Below, one piece after another: positions 38,171 through 52,741 of a DNA stretch of 64,000 nt (the first letter of the stretch is position 1; each line of letters begins with the position of its first letter). Position numbers and translations under genes: made by a program. Below the pieces are notes generated by a model. That model did not search any database and was not told the origin of the DNA. It saw only the letters and a list, made by a program, of their open reading frames with translations. The DNA comes from Raillietiella orientalis (Eukaryota): positions 2,108,001 to 2,172,000 of the forward strand of contig JAYWIR010000018.1 in NCBI GenBank assembly GCA_036172245.1. The letters are read 5' to 3'.

Positions 38171-41100
38171 AAACTTATACGGTACCACCTTATTTTTAAT
38201 CCAAGAGACATATCAAACCACTTACAAAAGCAATTCTTTATACGCAACATTTTTAAATTCAGTATATGCACTGAGCTATCAAAAGAAAAGTGTCAGATAA
38301 TTTTCAGAGGGTAAGTAGATAGAATCTAAAAGTAACTTAAAACCATAGAACAGATGGCTTTGATATTCTGGGACATGCTCAGAGTACAAAAGCTGCCCAG
38401 CAAGATTCAGTGTATGATAAATAATAATGAGAAAAATTACGGTTTGAAAACAGTTCGATTACTTAGATGGCTATTTAGATTTTTGAAAGAATGAAACATA
38501 GGATAACTTGATCTAATGATACCTGATGTTGTGATAGTACTATTATAATTCTCACCTTTCAAGATAATCATCTTTCCATACTTGTAGGTGACCTTCAAAA
38601 TTTTGAAAACAGATACAAGATTCTCTGTTCGACATTTTTGCAAAAGTTACAATTAGATGAAGTGTGAAAAGAGGAAAGCACCTAATGCTGTAACTGAACT
38701 CAGTGAAGGAACATGTAATAACAAAATATTATGTTCCGTAATACTGATAAGCATGATTTCAAGTTAGCAGACTTGAAAAAACAAGGGCAACCCTACTAGC
38801 TTAAACTATTTTTGCAGAGGTTCGATTGAATTTGGAATCCTAGATAAGTGTGGAAGCTCTTTATGTATACGGAATATACAAAATCAAATTCAAGTTCAAT
38901 TTTTATTTCGGAATTAAGCTTAGGAATTCATTCCATACGCTTTACTTGATTAATGAAAGAGAAATTATTTACTTTTATATGAACTTACCGTATATTGACG
39001 TTAATATATATTTATTCAGCTCTGTATCTTGAGCCATTCTAGGTATTTTGGTTCTTATTGCTGATACTCTCAGTGTTTTGCTGAATGATATTTTCATAAT
39101 TGCAATTTTTCAAAAAAGCTTCACTACTCGTATTTCTTATTAAACCAATGTTACTTAGAGTGTGTTTCCTCTTTTTTTTTTCTTTTTAGAAGTATTTGTT
39201 TTTTCCATGCTTTTACAAAGCGAAATCCTGCCTTTCCCAGATCTGAAACATTTTCACCGATAGTTTCAATTGCCTTCTTTCCGTTAATAGGCAAAAATTT
39301 TCAATTGATAACTTAGCTCTTTTAAATTCTTCAGTGACGTAGCGTACTTTTTAGACACAATTAACAATTAACTTATGAACAAGTCAAGATGAACAATACA
39401 AATATTTTTCTTAAATCTTTGAAAACTTATGAAACCAACACCTCATAATCCACCAAGCCTTTCAAAGTTTTTGCAAACAGGCTAACTAAATATTGGAAGA
39501 ATGTGAACATCCTTGCAAACAAAAAGGAAGAAAGACACGATAAAAAAAAATCCAGAAAATCATCTAAATGATATTAGGGAAACTTCCCCAAGGAACTGTC
39601 TTGCTTCAGAATTCAAGTTCATCTTTTGTGGACTAAAGAAAATACCTTAAGCTGAAGGTAAATAGTTTCTGAAATATGAAACTGCATAAATATTGGAACA
39701 AAGTTTGAAAGAGGAGAAAAACGAGAGCAATGATTAGAAATCTATGAAAGAGCATACAGATCAGTTGTTCATTCCTATGAAGCTCTCGGGCTAACCTCAG
39801 AGCTGAACTGTTGAAATCATTGAGAAGGTTGTTATCTCATTTATATATACTTGAATGAGAATTAACAAACTTGCTCTGTTCCTTTGTGATTGAAGTTTAT
39901 TCTATGGGAAAACTATAGAAATTTATGCTACTAGCGTTTTTAATTTCGGTCATATTTTGAATTCTACTTGATTTTCATATCTGTACAATTGCATGTGAAC
40001 GCTTCTACAACTATATGTACGTGTTGTATACGTATCTATACATTTATATGTACATATTATCTCTGCTTTTGTCAAAGAAGTGCAAATCAAAGAGGAGTAA
40101 AGCTCTAATGATTTGCAATATAGGAATTGGTGTGTTCATAATTCTTAATCCGAACGGCTTGTCGACTAAGGCTATTATGTTCAACCAGTTTCTCAAATTC
40201 TTAAATCCAAGATTTCATTTTAGATTGCAAATCGTAGTTGGTCATGTCTATGATTCAGTGAGTTTGCTATAGGATCATTCTACTTAGATTACCAAGATAG
40301 CGTAAAGATTGTTCTATTAGAACGGTTTCGACAGCTACGGGAAAAGCAAACACATTGGCTAACCATCATTTGATGGCAGGCGCTATGGTTGAAATGCTGG
40401 CTAATATATTTGGAAGGCGATATGCTTGATGTCTGAAATTATTAGCAGTCTCTGTTTTTTATATTACCCAGTATTCCACGCAAAAGCTCGCATTGGCTGT
40501 TGCATGTCCAATACTGCAGTCTGGAGCCAATCAAGACTGTCGTGCCCATACATCAAGAGGTCCTCCAGAGTGTCCAGTGGTAAGTTGCTCCTTTATAAGG
40601 TTGTACTAACCACTAACAGGTTCATATTCTGTATCCCGTAGAGATTGAGTGCCTTGTCTAGTGAGTTGTCTTTCTTGGTTATCTTCTTCTTGATCTATCT
40701 TCTTGATTTCCGCCAGGCAATCAAGTTGTAGCCGTGTACCGCAGTTAGCAAAAAGTAAAGCCTGAACTGTAGATCCTCATTGCTTCCAAACAATATTATA
40801 AGTCTCAAGTGCCACACAACGAAATTTGTCACTGCTGGTGACTACTTAAAGTATTTCGAGAGACTTGTAGCCTTTACTTTGTATATCGTAACAATACCAT
40901 CATTTCCTTAATGCTACATCTGGAACTCATGTTAGTGAATTATCGTATTGTCGCAAGATACCTAAACATTCTCCCTCTTTCTTTTCCTTAAGAATTAGCT
41001 CCTTTGTTTAGTAGGCCATGAGGTAGATGATCTGTTTCAGATTTACATATCAGATTATTGCTTGAAAAATGATTGTATTTCTTAAATCGAAAACAGGAGT

Positions 41101-42783
41101 AAAATAGCATTTATTTGAGTCACTGAAAGATTTTTAGCTGAATTCTAAACTCATCGATGGATGGGAGGATTCTGAACTTACCATTGCACGAATGGCAAAA
41201 CTGTACACAGTGTAATGGTTACTCAACTCTGCTGCACGAAGATTAGCATCTTTGGAAGAAAAACCTAATGCTGGCACCCAAATTCGTAGTGCAGTCGATT
41301 TTCACCTGGGTTTCACCGGGATGTCGTAGTGCAGTCTTCTGCATCGATCGTTAGCTCTTGCAAGTCGTGCTCACAAGCAACTCATGAACAAGAAATTAGT
41401 GGTTGTGGGAGAACTTCTTCGAGGCCCCCTTAGTATTTCACATTAGCGTCTCCAAAGAGGGAAAAGGATCCCTTGAAGCTCTGGAGATTGAACCTGACTA
41501 ATGTAGTATACTCAAATTCCTGCGAGAGTCAAATGCATTTTTTTTAGAAAAGAAAAAATAAAATATTTCACTTGATGAGTTATAGTTCTCTATTAGAGTA
41601 CTCATCTAGAAAATCGATAATTCCGCAGAGATAAAAGCTATTTTCTTACAAAGCAAAACAGTTGACGCTTTATAGCATTTCAACATGAAAGAGTCATTAT
41701 TGACTGTGTGGTCGAGTAGTTTGGTAAATAGCTATCAAACATATTATTCATTCCAGTGTACACAGTTCTAGTATGTGATACCCACAACCATTTCTTTCTT
41801 CTAATTATGGCGCAAAGATGGGTGCATTGAGTTTTCCTTCTAAGAGATTTGCTCCAATAATTGCAATTAAAAAAAAAATACCATCAAAACTATCAATCAG
41901 AATTCCATTCAAATCATCAAATCACTAATTCCATCCTCGCAGTGATTCAGTAGTCTCAGCTACACAAAAAAATTCATACCATTTGATATTAATGCTTACT
42001 ATTAGCCACAACATTCATTCACTATACACTGAGATCCTAAAGTTATCGATCCAGACTTCAAAAATAAAAGGGAAGATCGAATAAATGATAGACTACTTAA
42101 TTATAAGTATCTATAATTCACTGATAAAATCCAATCTGATCACATAAGAATTTCGTACCGTAATATCAAAACCACTCTTTGCTTGAAGAAGGAGACATTG
42201 AAGAATTGCTTTCTAATAGTGTCGTTTTTACCAGTTATTGTTTATCCAGTTATTCAGATGATAAGGCAATTTCAAATTTTCGAGACTAATACTCGGTTCA
42301 TTGAAACCATTTTCAGTCTAGTAATTTCTAAATTTATTTCATCATTTTTATAAGTTCAATACTTAAAGGGGGAAAGGTCATGTAGATTCTCATGACTATG
42401 TATTAATAGGATCAGTTCAAACTGTTTTGCTTTATAAACATCGTCATCTTTTTCTTCAATTCGTTTACATATAGCATTGCTTATATACATTATAATCATA
42501 GCTTAATGATTCGAAAATCTGCTGCAATTCTGGCAATGGAGTTATAGCGTGGATAGTGGGAACTGTAAATCTCTCATCTTGGCGAAATGTGAGTTCTAGG
42601 TTTTTTCTCCAGAAATTGTAATTTTGAGGGAAACTCTAGCGTTGTCGCACCACAGAGGTCAGATCGTGTTATTCCAATTTAACATCAATGCGTTTTTTGG
42701 AAAAATATTTATTTAGTCCGTGTTCATGGAGTCATTAGGAAGACACTGTGTGTTTGACATTGTTAATTTATGATGTAATTCAA

Positions 42784-45700
42784 ATGGATGTATCCCAGCC
42801 TCCTCCAGGTAAAAAATTCAAAAATCAGTTTATCTTTGTAGTACATTTGTTTACCTTGTTGCGTTTTTCAGTGTCATGTAAGTGTTTTTGTTATGAAAGT
42901 ATATTAAATGGGAACAGTCAGAAACATCTGAATCTTCTAATCCAAACGATTAAGAAAATGGGTTGGTTAGACCATTGTAAATAAAAATGGGAAACGGTTG
43001 ATTTTTGTAGGTTCATATTGAGTTTTGGGCAGCATGCGTAGATTCCATTATTTTGCGTACTTACTGCTATGTTTTGCATTGAATATTTGTGTGTTAAGCA
43101 AACTTTTATTGTTTTTTGTCGATTAAATTATTGTAAGAAAAGTTACATCTAGAAATACAGCAGTAACAGGATGTTCAGAACTTGTTCTGTGATAAAAGCA
43201 ACAGATTTGAAGCGAATGCGTTTTAATTTATAATGAAACATATTTTACAATTCAGGATTCAGAGGCAGCAAATATAAATATAAGCAATCTACTGATCAAA
43301 ATTTTGAGCTTTCTTTAATTTCTACATGATAAAAGTGTTGGACTGTTAAACTTTTTAAGCTGTACGATTTCATTTTTCAAGCTTTATTTTAACCCCATGA
43401 ATTTGCATATAAATATCAGTTCATTCAGCAGCAGTACAAAAATATATATTCTTAAGTAATAACCAGGCATTCTTGTTTCATTGGAATTTCTTCAATTTTT
43501 TCAGTAGAGCATTTCACTGTATGCTTCCCATTCATTCAGCATGAACAAATTTATGAACAGATTTTTTTGTTTGTTTATTTTAGATCCAGAACTTAAAACT
43601 ATTATCGATAAATTAGCTCAGTTTGTAGCACGAAATGGTACAGATTTCGAGCAGATGACCAAACAAAAACAAAAAGATAATCCTAAATTTAGTTTTTTGT
43701 TTGGTGGAGAATATTACAATTACTATCAGTATAAAGTTTCATCAGAACAAGCAAGTAAGTTAATCATTAATTTTGTACACTTTTGTTTATTGGTTGTCAG
43801 AATTGTCATTATTAAATCTTAGTGTGTATGAGTTCATCTAAATTGTTGGATTATTCAGCACAGGACTTAAAAATTATTGATTGAAATAAAAGTTCAGCTT
43901 TCATTTCATAAGAGCAATGTATAAAATGTCATGATTGTATTGCATTTAAACTTTTTCAGAATTTGACAAATTTCTTCATCTGTTGAGCATACTTAAGATT
44001 TAGAATCAATGTCTTTAGCGTACTTTAACTAAATTGGTGTGAACCATATGTGAAGCTGATAGTTTTTCCATTAAGAGTTTCATATAGGTATACTTTTTCT
44101 TATATCAAATGATAGAAGCTGCTACCTGCATTATGTATTAGTTGCATGATACAGTATGCTATACATTTCCTTGAACACACCATATCAACTAAATGAATGC
44201 TTTTACAGCTGTGAATTTGTATAAAGTTTATAGCTATTGTATTTTGCTTTTGCATTCTCAAACTTTTGGAGAATACTGAAAGCAATTGATTTTCAATGAA
44301 TTCTTTTTTATCTTAATGGAAGTCAAATGATAAATTGAATTAAGTGGTAAATTTTTTCATACTTTGTAACTGTAGTTCAAAAACTGACATGAAATATAAA
44401 GAGAGTGAAATTATTGTTATTCTCAGATATCTATGGAAGGTTTTTTTTTCTTCTGTGGTATGCACTTTACTTATTAAAGACACACCTACTCCCAAACTAA
44501 TATGATAAAAAGATAAGATATTTTGAGGATATAAGATATTTTTATTTTTTTTTGTGATATAGGCATTATGTTTGTGAAACTGATTATGTTTTCCTGTGCA
44601 TGGAAAAGTAGGATAAAAAAACAGTTTCTCCACCCAGAGTGTTTATTCTGGCATGCTATGGCATTTCCATTCAAAATTTGCAATTATCACTTCAATGAAA
44701 TGTAGGATTCTTTTTTTGTGTTTTTTCATGATAATTTTATACGAGCTCCTTATAATAATTATGTAAGTGTGAATTTAGTTTGAGATTTGCTATATAGATT
44801 ATGCTTGTGTTCATTAAGTTTAGTAATGGTTAAACCATATGGTCTAAGTATTGTTCTTATGGATTCTGCATATAGAGTTAACAGCATTGTTTTAACATCT
44901 CAGTAAATTTAAGGTTTGGAATTTCTTAGTCTATTTTTATCTGTTCAGTCCAAATTATGTGTTTATGTGGAAATTTTATAGATGGATGGGTGGACCAATC
45001 TGGTGTGCTTGTGCATCCCCCCCCCCCTCAAATTTTCTTTTTCTGGTATTTGCTTCAAAAGGCACCTAAAAGTGATTGAGGCAGCCTTGAGGGGCAGCCT
45101 TTTGTAAGTTTACATTTGGTTACAGCTATGAAGCTTTAAAAAGTCTCAGTATATATTGTAAAGAATTAAGAAAGAAGACAAGCAAACAGTTTTTTATATT
45201 TGACAAGAAGAATTATTTGATCAATTCATGGAATACGTACATTCAACCATCAAGGCAGATTTCTGCGAACTGTTTCCAATTCATTAGTGAAGAAAATTCA
45301 CAAGATTAATGTATCATCATATTTCCACGTTGCAGCATTACTAGTGAAATGTAAAAATTAGCCAATATTTACAAGAAAGAACTGTCTGTGTCTCAAAATT
45401 ATTCAGTCAGGGGAAAGAATACATTAGAGATTTATGCAGTGTAAAATTTATTTACAGTTCCCTGCAAGAAAGTTGTCATTAGCTGATGCCTTCAATTCTG
45501 AATCATCTTTGTGTATGAAGTTAGCTAATGTGTACAAATGCTTTTGTGTTTTTGCAGTGTATGCTTTTTTCAAACTCAGATCAGTTGCAATAAGTTGAAA
45601 TTCACTACTCACAATATAATAAAAGACTTTTTTTTGAAGCATAAGCATGTAATGCAGTATGGAGAATAGGAAAGAAAGAGCACACTTTGATGGAACTTAG

Positions 45701-48700
45701 AGGTACAAATTTCCATGCCTTCTGATTTATGCTGCTAATGAGTATGCTCTTGATTGACGTATGTTGTGTGAATATTAAATACAGAATGCACATGTATTTT
45801 TTATCATTTTAACATTGAAATGAGAATACAAATGTTATTCCAATGTTTCATGTAAAAAAGATCAAGTTCCTTTGGTATTATGGTTCTGAATGCTATTTAT
45901 TTACCATGAGATTAAGAATGATTAAAGACTTCCATCAGCCATGTTTTGGTGTTGAAAATTAGCGAAGTTGATCAATGAAATACAGTTGTAAACTTTAATG
46001 GTGAATAAAAGCATACTTGCAATACTTTATGAAAGCATTGTGTATCTATTATCATCCAAATGTGGCTTGAGAACCCTACAGTGATGCAACAGTGATGGCA
46101 AGAAATAAAATTAGCACTTGAGCAGAATGAGATACAGAAGTGAACGTGAGAATATGAACTTAAAAAAGCTGATATGGAACTTTTGTTTTGTACATTGGAA
46201 TTTCACGTATTTACTGTAGCTAATTTTGAGTGTCTCCAAGTTAACTTATATTTGAGTACATGTGCAAATCATTTTATGAACAACTTTTTCAATGTGGCAA
46301 TTTAATGGCATAAACAGCATGGATGTGCATAATTTAACAGAAATAAGAGTTGATGTACAATATTTTGCGAAGTAGATAGTAAATTAATTATTTTTGAAAC
46401 CATTGTCAGCTGTTTAAAGCTTTAAGTGCTTTTAAGTGTTTAAGCAGCATTTTGATCATCAGTTTGAACATTTTCTGGTGTAGAATAAAAACACCAGTAA
46501 CAAAGTTATTGAGTTTTATTATTCAGGGAAACAAAAAAATGGAAAAATAAAAGATCGATGAGCCCAAGGGAAACTTTCACTAAAAAAATCCGTTGGCCAG
46601 GTTTGCCATTAGAGAATTAGCTTTTTTCAGAATGATGATAAGGTTTTTAAAACTTGTCATATTAGGCTTGGTATCAAATCCAAGAATTTTGCGAATGATT
46701 TAATCTAATCTATAGTCTTAATTCAGTAATTATGGGACTGCCTGAGCTACTTTATGGTTTGCATTGCAATATTATTGTGATAAAAGTCAGTGATTAACTT
46801 AATCTTGCCATAGGAGTAAATTTTATTATTAATATCAATGCAGTTCCATTAGAGAAATTTACTGAAAGAATTATTATGAATGAAAATATAAGAATAAAAG
46901 TAAGTCGTATTTTGTTGTGAAGATATTAAGGATGTTAATATTGAATCTCTTCTTATGCATTATGTCAAATTCTTTATAAATATCTGACTTTTAGTCTTTT
47001 CCTGGAGAGGAACGTTTAGTGCGTGATTTAACTTAAATCTTATTTAAGCATATCCATTGGGCTAATCAGAACTGTAAATAAAAAATGTATAATCTTTTAG
47101 TTTTAAGACAGAGACAACAACATGTTGATCAAGGACATTCACATATGGCACCACCTATGCTAGGAATAAATGGAAATCTTAGAACAATTCCACCTGGGCA
47201 ATATCCTCCCTCACATATGGGACCCCATACTCAAAATTATCCTCCCCCTCCACAATGGACTTCTATGTATCCTCCTGGAAATATAGGCCCTCCACCCCAT
47301 CATCCAACTTCAGGCAACTTACCAAATCAGCAGACTTTAGAAAAATTGCTTATCCAACAGAAACAGTTGCAAGACCAAATTCAACAAAGTGAACAAAATC
47401 TGGCTGCTCAGCATCAGGTCTATAGTGATGCTAATGCATCTTGAATTTGTAGCATACAAGTAGCTGTTCTTTATTTTGATTAGGTGCTCATGGAACAGCA
47501 ACATGAAGATATTGAAGAAGCCATTAGGTGTGCTGAAGAACAGAGATTAAATCAATTGGCACATGAAGCTGGTATTGATTTTTTGGAAGTGGATCAGTTG
47601 CTTCAACCTATTGTTGAATCCTGTACAAAAGATTCTGTGTCACATGGTAAAGCATGGATTGTTTCACATGGCCATATGTTAGCCCATCAGGAATTTGTTT
47701 GCCGTTATTTATTAAAACGGTAAGTTGTCTTTTATTGGTTTATTTATTGCTGTTTTACATATTTATTGCTTTGTATTTTATTTAAAGGGCAACTGACCAA
47801 GATGCTACTTTTAGCTGCAAGTTGCATCTCATTTATTTGATCAATGATGTACTTCATCACTGGTAAGTTCATTTCTGTGAAGAGTGGGTTTTTATCTGTA
47901 GAACCTTAGTGTTAGGAAAGGTTCTGATGATCTGCGGAGGGCACTTGAAAATGCTGTTGTACCAATGTTCTGCAATGCCACTATTTCAGCGACTCCAGAA
48001 CAGAAAATGAAATTGGATAAGGTGAATAAACACTGGTTAATCTGACAAAAAAATATCATTGTGTTAGCTCCTCAATTTATGGGAATCAAAACACAATTAT
48101 TTTAGTGGATTGATTCTAGCAAAGTTGAAAAACCCATCTGAAGTTTGGGCTGATTATCAAGCTAGCCTCATCACAGATAATGCACATGTTATCACCCCAA
48201 TAACAACAAATGTTCAGCAGTTGTACGAACGCTATCAGCAGCAGCACCAAGCATTTGTTGCACATGCTACTCAGCAATTGCAGCAGCTGCAACAGCAACA
48301 GCAGCAACTTGATCAACAGTCTGCTGCATCTGTATCATTACAAATGTCTGGACGTATGTTGAATATTAGTGCTTCCATAATTTACTCTTGTCTGTTTATT
48401 CTCCTCAGGGCCAGATGCAACCTTTTGCCATCCTCCTCCATCCTTCAATCTTCCTCCTCCAGGATATCCACCTCCAAATCTGCCACCTGAATCTTCTGGT
48501 AGGGTAATTCATGATCAGTTTTTTCCTTAATCAGTGTTGTGAATCTCTAGTTGTGCTCCCACAGCTGCCTGACCTGACTAAACCACCTCCAGGCTATGAA
48601 CCTAATGAATTTAAAGAAAACTTGACTCCTAATGTACCTTATTATGAATTGCCTGCTGGCTTAGTAGCTCCTCTTGTAAAAGTATGTCAGCTTTATTGAA

Positions 48701-49515
48701 ATATACAATATTTGAGAATTCTAGTTGGAAGATTCCAGCTACCGACCTTTAAATCCTGATGACATTCGATTACCACCTCCTACTCCTCCTAGTGAACGGC
48801 TTCTTGCAGCAGTAGAAATGTTCTATAGTCCTCCATCTCATGATCATCCCATCGATAGGTATAATTCTTTTCCACAGATTTGTGTTACAGATCATCTTTC
48901 AGTGAAGGGTGGGAGAAACTCGGCTTGTATGAATATTTCAAGGCTAAAAATGCTGCAAGAAAGAAAAAAGAACAAGATATTTTAGAAGGACTTAGATCCA
49001 GGTCTCGTTCTCCATCTCCTGTAATGGGAGAGCGTTCTCCAGAATCTCCCTTGAGAAAACACAAAAGTTCAGAACAACTAGTCATATCCCCATTCAATCC
49101 TCTGCCACGGAGTCCTAGTAAAAGTCCTTCTCCACCCTCTTTTGTGTAAGTTTTTCATATTCTTTTCTGTTTTTTAGTAATTTTTATCGTAGGAATCATG
49201 TGTACTCTGGAGAATGTGCTAACAGGAAAATAGATGAATCTAATAAAGGTCATCAGCTCTTAAAAAAAATGGGATGGACTGGTATGGGAGGTTTAGGCCT
49301 TAAAGAACAAGGTATTGAGGATCCAATATCTGGAGGAGAAGTAAGTTGTGCATGTTTATTAGGTTTTGTGTTGATGAACATTTTAGGTTAGGGATCATGT
49401 AGATCAGTATCGTGGTATTGGATTAGATCTCAGTGATCCATTTGAGAATTTTCGCAAAAACAAGGGTATGGCATTTATCAACAGAATGAGGTCAAGGGCT
49501 GAAGAAAAACCATAA
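42784..49515 (+). CDS. CHERP: Calcium homeostasis ER protein CHERP/SCAF6 (SURP, CID and G-patch splicing factor), 13 exons, 698 aa
   Basis: Exons 42784-42808, 43584-43754, 47101-47417, 47484-47719, 47788-47862, 47910-48021, 48068-48353, 48409-48498, 48551-48681, 48725-48858, 48903-49145, 49193-49340, 49387-49515 (2097 nt, in frame). SURP IIDKLAQFVARNGTDFEQMTKQKQKDNPKFSFLFGGEY; CID LQPIVESCTKDSVSHGKAWI..KLHLIYLINDVLHHC; PYYELPAGLVAPLVK; EGWEKLGLYEYF; G-patch IDESNKGHQLLKKMGW; DPFENFRKNK. AATAAA at 49531-49536. Confidence 0.95.
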
Positions 49516-51087
49516 GTTTCATGTTTTGTTAATAAAAACAATGACATATTGTTGATTTGAGACATGGTTCCTCAGATTAACAATACAATTAAGTCTGTGA
49601 AAAAGGAAAATCAGCATGTAGTCCTTTGTCTGCTGTTTCAGTTGAAAAGGCCATAAGACATAAAGTTAATAAACAGCAGTTGGCAGTAAATTTTGTAAAA
49701 TGATTGCAGCTGTACCAGTGAATCTTTGTTGCCTGGCACATGTTGTACATGTTGCTAGAGGTCTTATTCAACAACGACTTCTTTGTTTAATCAGTAGGCT
49801 AATCATTCTTTAGTTTTTCTAATTGCACTGAATTTACATAAAAATATCTATTTGCATGTTAAACAATGTGTGGTTTGTTTGTTTTATTTTTTCCTTAATG
49901 TGAAGCAATACAAGAATCTGGTTGCAGAATCACAAGCAATGTTTTTATTGCTAAATCAGTATAAACTCAAGGATTTCCTAGAATCGTTTTCATGAACCTT
50001 GGCGTTTGAAATCAAAGACTTGACTTTCTAAAGGTGCTTGTTTTATTATTCCTTACCTTGGCATGCTTAAAAATGAAACAGTAAGGTTATTTGTGGTCTG
50101 ATAAACAAAGGAAAAATGGGGTATTTTTCCTGCAGTTGAGGTTGGAGTACAAGGCATGTAATAAACTGTTGTAAAAACAGATCTTGCTATTGTTTTAATT
50201 TCAAGTCAAATTGATTATAATGTATAAATGATCGTTTTTACCCAGCCTATTGCATTTTAAGGATTTACAAATATAATGTAAGCAAAGCAATTGTATTTGT
50301 TCTCAAATATGATAATGAAAAGAATTGTTAGTAGAAGGTATTCCATGTAAGAATTATGTTATCCGTGTATGATTATTTCTGAAATGAAATATAATTTAAC
50401 AGTTTTCAGTCTCCAGTGTCAAATGAATAAGCAGTTAGTACAAAAAGATTGAAACAAAACCTGCATTTTTTTCCAAGTATGTTTCACTGCGTAAATAAAA
50501 TTTGGTAGATATGAATTAGCATTTGCACATTGTGTTCAGCATTAGCATGTCATTAATGCAAGTTCTGAATGAATTTTGAAATTTCCGTTTTTGAATTCTT
50601 CAGAACATGAAATCAAGGTACAAAACCCAAAAAAGCTACACTAAGGATTTATCCAACATGCCTTCATGATTCTTTGTGAAAATAACAAACTTAGCATAGA
50701 TTTTTTTCATAGAAAATTCATGCTATCCAGTTCAGAAGTGCAACATGAGAAAATTTGAAATTCATTTATTTGTTAAATATATCAGAACGTATCAAAAAAA
50801 CATGTAAATAGTAGATCTTGAATGTTGTAAAGTGAAGAGTTGAATGATGAAGTGTGCATTGTTTGGTCAGACTGGTTGGTAATGCTAGATTATACACTTC
50901 CACCTTATCCATTCTTTTTGTTTTTATTAAAGAATGTCTTGTTATCTATGTAAAGGTGGAAGGTTTCAGCCGATGCATGCTACCACCTTTTTTGTTTTTT
51001 GCTAAATTATTCAATATGTTTATTTAGGTTTGCAGTTCATTCCTGTAGTTGTGCATTATTAAGGTATTAAGGAATGTTTTTGTTGCT

Positions 51088-52732
51088 ATGTTATATGTAG
51101 CCCTAATTATTTTATGTCAGGTAAGATTCTTGTTGCTTTAATAAACTCTTGTCTCCTCAGTTTGTTTCATCAGAAGTAGATATACAACAAGATATTTTGT
51201 TTCAAGAGTTTCAAGGTGAGGTAAGTGGAGGAAATTATACTTATTATTCTATTCCTGGATCCGGACGTTTTGCATTATTTCTTCATACAAGGTTTGTTAA
51301 GCTAACAATAAGATGTTATTAAATCCATTATTTTTTAGTTCTGGAGATGCGGATTTGTATGTATCACAGCATACCTTGAAGCCCACTTATGATCCAGAAA
51401 ATTACTGCTTATCTTCAGCAACTTTAGGTTTAGATGAAATTGAAATTCCTCAAAGGTAATTTTATACTTTAATGCATGTTTTTCCATTTGTTGGTTTGCA
51501 GTTACAAGAGGCCATTGGGAGTTGCTGTGTATGGACATCCTCGTTACAATCAAAGTACATATTTTTTACTAGTAGCATCTTTCCATACTGACCAGCAGTT
51601 AGAATTTCTCTATGATCAGTCATGGATCATGTCATCAACTGAAGTAAGTTTCACATTTGGTTTGATTTGTTTAGCATTTCTGAATATAGATAAAATAGGT
51701 ATAACTAAATATAGTGTAATCCCCAAGTGGAAGCATTGCATTTTAGTTACGTTTTTCATTTGTTTACATTGGTATCTCAGTTTTATTAGTGTAAGCTGAA
51801 AGCTATTGAATATTGTAGCAGGCAAACCGAAATTAATTTATTCAAAGGCAATAATTTGGAAACTTATTGAATTGTGTTTGATCCAGTTATGATGAACAGT
51901 GTTTGAATATACAAGACCTATATGTATTTTTGTATGTGTAGCTATGTTTATTTGTTGTTGTTTTTAATATAATTTTTACTACTTTAATGTTCAGTCATGG
52001 AACAAGTTGTTACAGAAAGTCTAGATTAGATAAAGTTTAGAGTCGATTCTCGGAGTTGAAAGTGAAAAGTAATGTGGAATTGTTATACTAAATACAAACC
52101 TCATGGTATTTTTGTTGGTTAGTAATAAGTAAGAGATGAAGGATTGATTGTGCTTATGTCTGTTATATCATAATAGAAGTTAAATTTAAATGGAGACGAC
52201 TATACTGTTTTCTGAAGAGGGAAAATGATTGCAACAGAAGACTTCGAATTGAGTGGCATTAATTGAGTGTCAAATAAAAGAATTGTTTTATTATTTATTG
52301 ATACTATCAGTTTTGCTAAATTAAGGTTAAGTATGTGTGTCGCTAATTACGTATTATTAGTATTAATCAGCAGCTATGATTTTTTTGTAAGAAGTGCGTA
52401 TTTAAAGAATGATCTTAGAGAGCTAATAGATTTGTGCTACAAGGTTGGAGAGGTCTGTCTCAAAAAAATACTTAAGTATTGAAATATAATCGTTTGGCTT
52501 GTTTCAGCACAACACTATTGAATACAGTAGTCGACTGATCTCCATTTCGATAATATACAATGCTTATTTTTAAATCAACGTAACTGGTGTTTATGTTATT
52601 TTTGTTGGTAGTTTTTGTTATTAATGTAATCAGAGTTCTTGTCTGTTCTTATAGGAAGTAGGATGGGCTACTCTCGTGCTTCTTATTGTTCGCAATATTA
52701 TTGAAATATTGGTAGAAGCTCTGTTACTATAA
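51088..52732 (+). CDS. C6orf120: UPF0669 / C6orf120 homolog (signal peptide, hydrophobic C-terminus), 5 exons, 166 aa
   Basis: Exons 51088-51120, 51161-51291, 51339-51455, 51502-51643, 52655-52732 (501 nt, in frame; introns 40, 47, 46, 1011 nt). Protein: MLYVALIILCQFVSSEVDIQQDILFQEFQGEVSGGNYTYYSIPGSGRFALFLHTSSGDADLYVSQHTLKPTYDPENYCLSSATLGLDEIEIPQSYKRPLGVAVYGHPRYNQSTYFLLV..TE|EVGWATLVLLIVRNIIEILVEALLL*. The motifs G.V..GNY.Y, GDADLYVS, SAT.G.D, RP.G..VYGHP and the W..L..I..I.EIL tail are characteristic of the family. Confidence 0.88.
52040..52650 (+). promoter_or_regulatory. Candidate internal promoter for ERCC4 inside the last C6orf120 intron
   Basis: CpG dinucleotides are visibly denser here than in 49.5-52.0 kb, as seen upstream of the other housekeeping genes. 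No motif-level proof. Confidence 0.3.
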
Positions 52733-52741
52733 CTTCTTACA

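Noticed and set aside
40380..40830. Locally GC-richer patch with LTTGHSGGPL on the minus strand (protease-like or TE-like)
   Set aside because: No catalytic GDSGGP motif, no extended frame and no recognisable TE motif.
41275..41340. 13-bp direct repeat tcgtagtgcagtc with faint U1 snRNA-like sequence on the minus strand
   Set aside because: Only two copies, no ATACTTACCTG 5' end, and no array or CRISPR-like periodicity.
48235..48320. CAG/CAA glutamine-rich run
   Set aside because: Ordinary low-complexity coding segment within CHERP.
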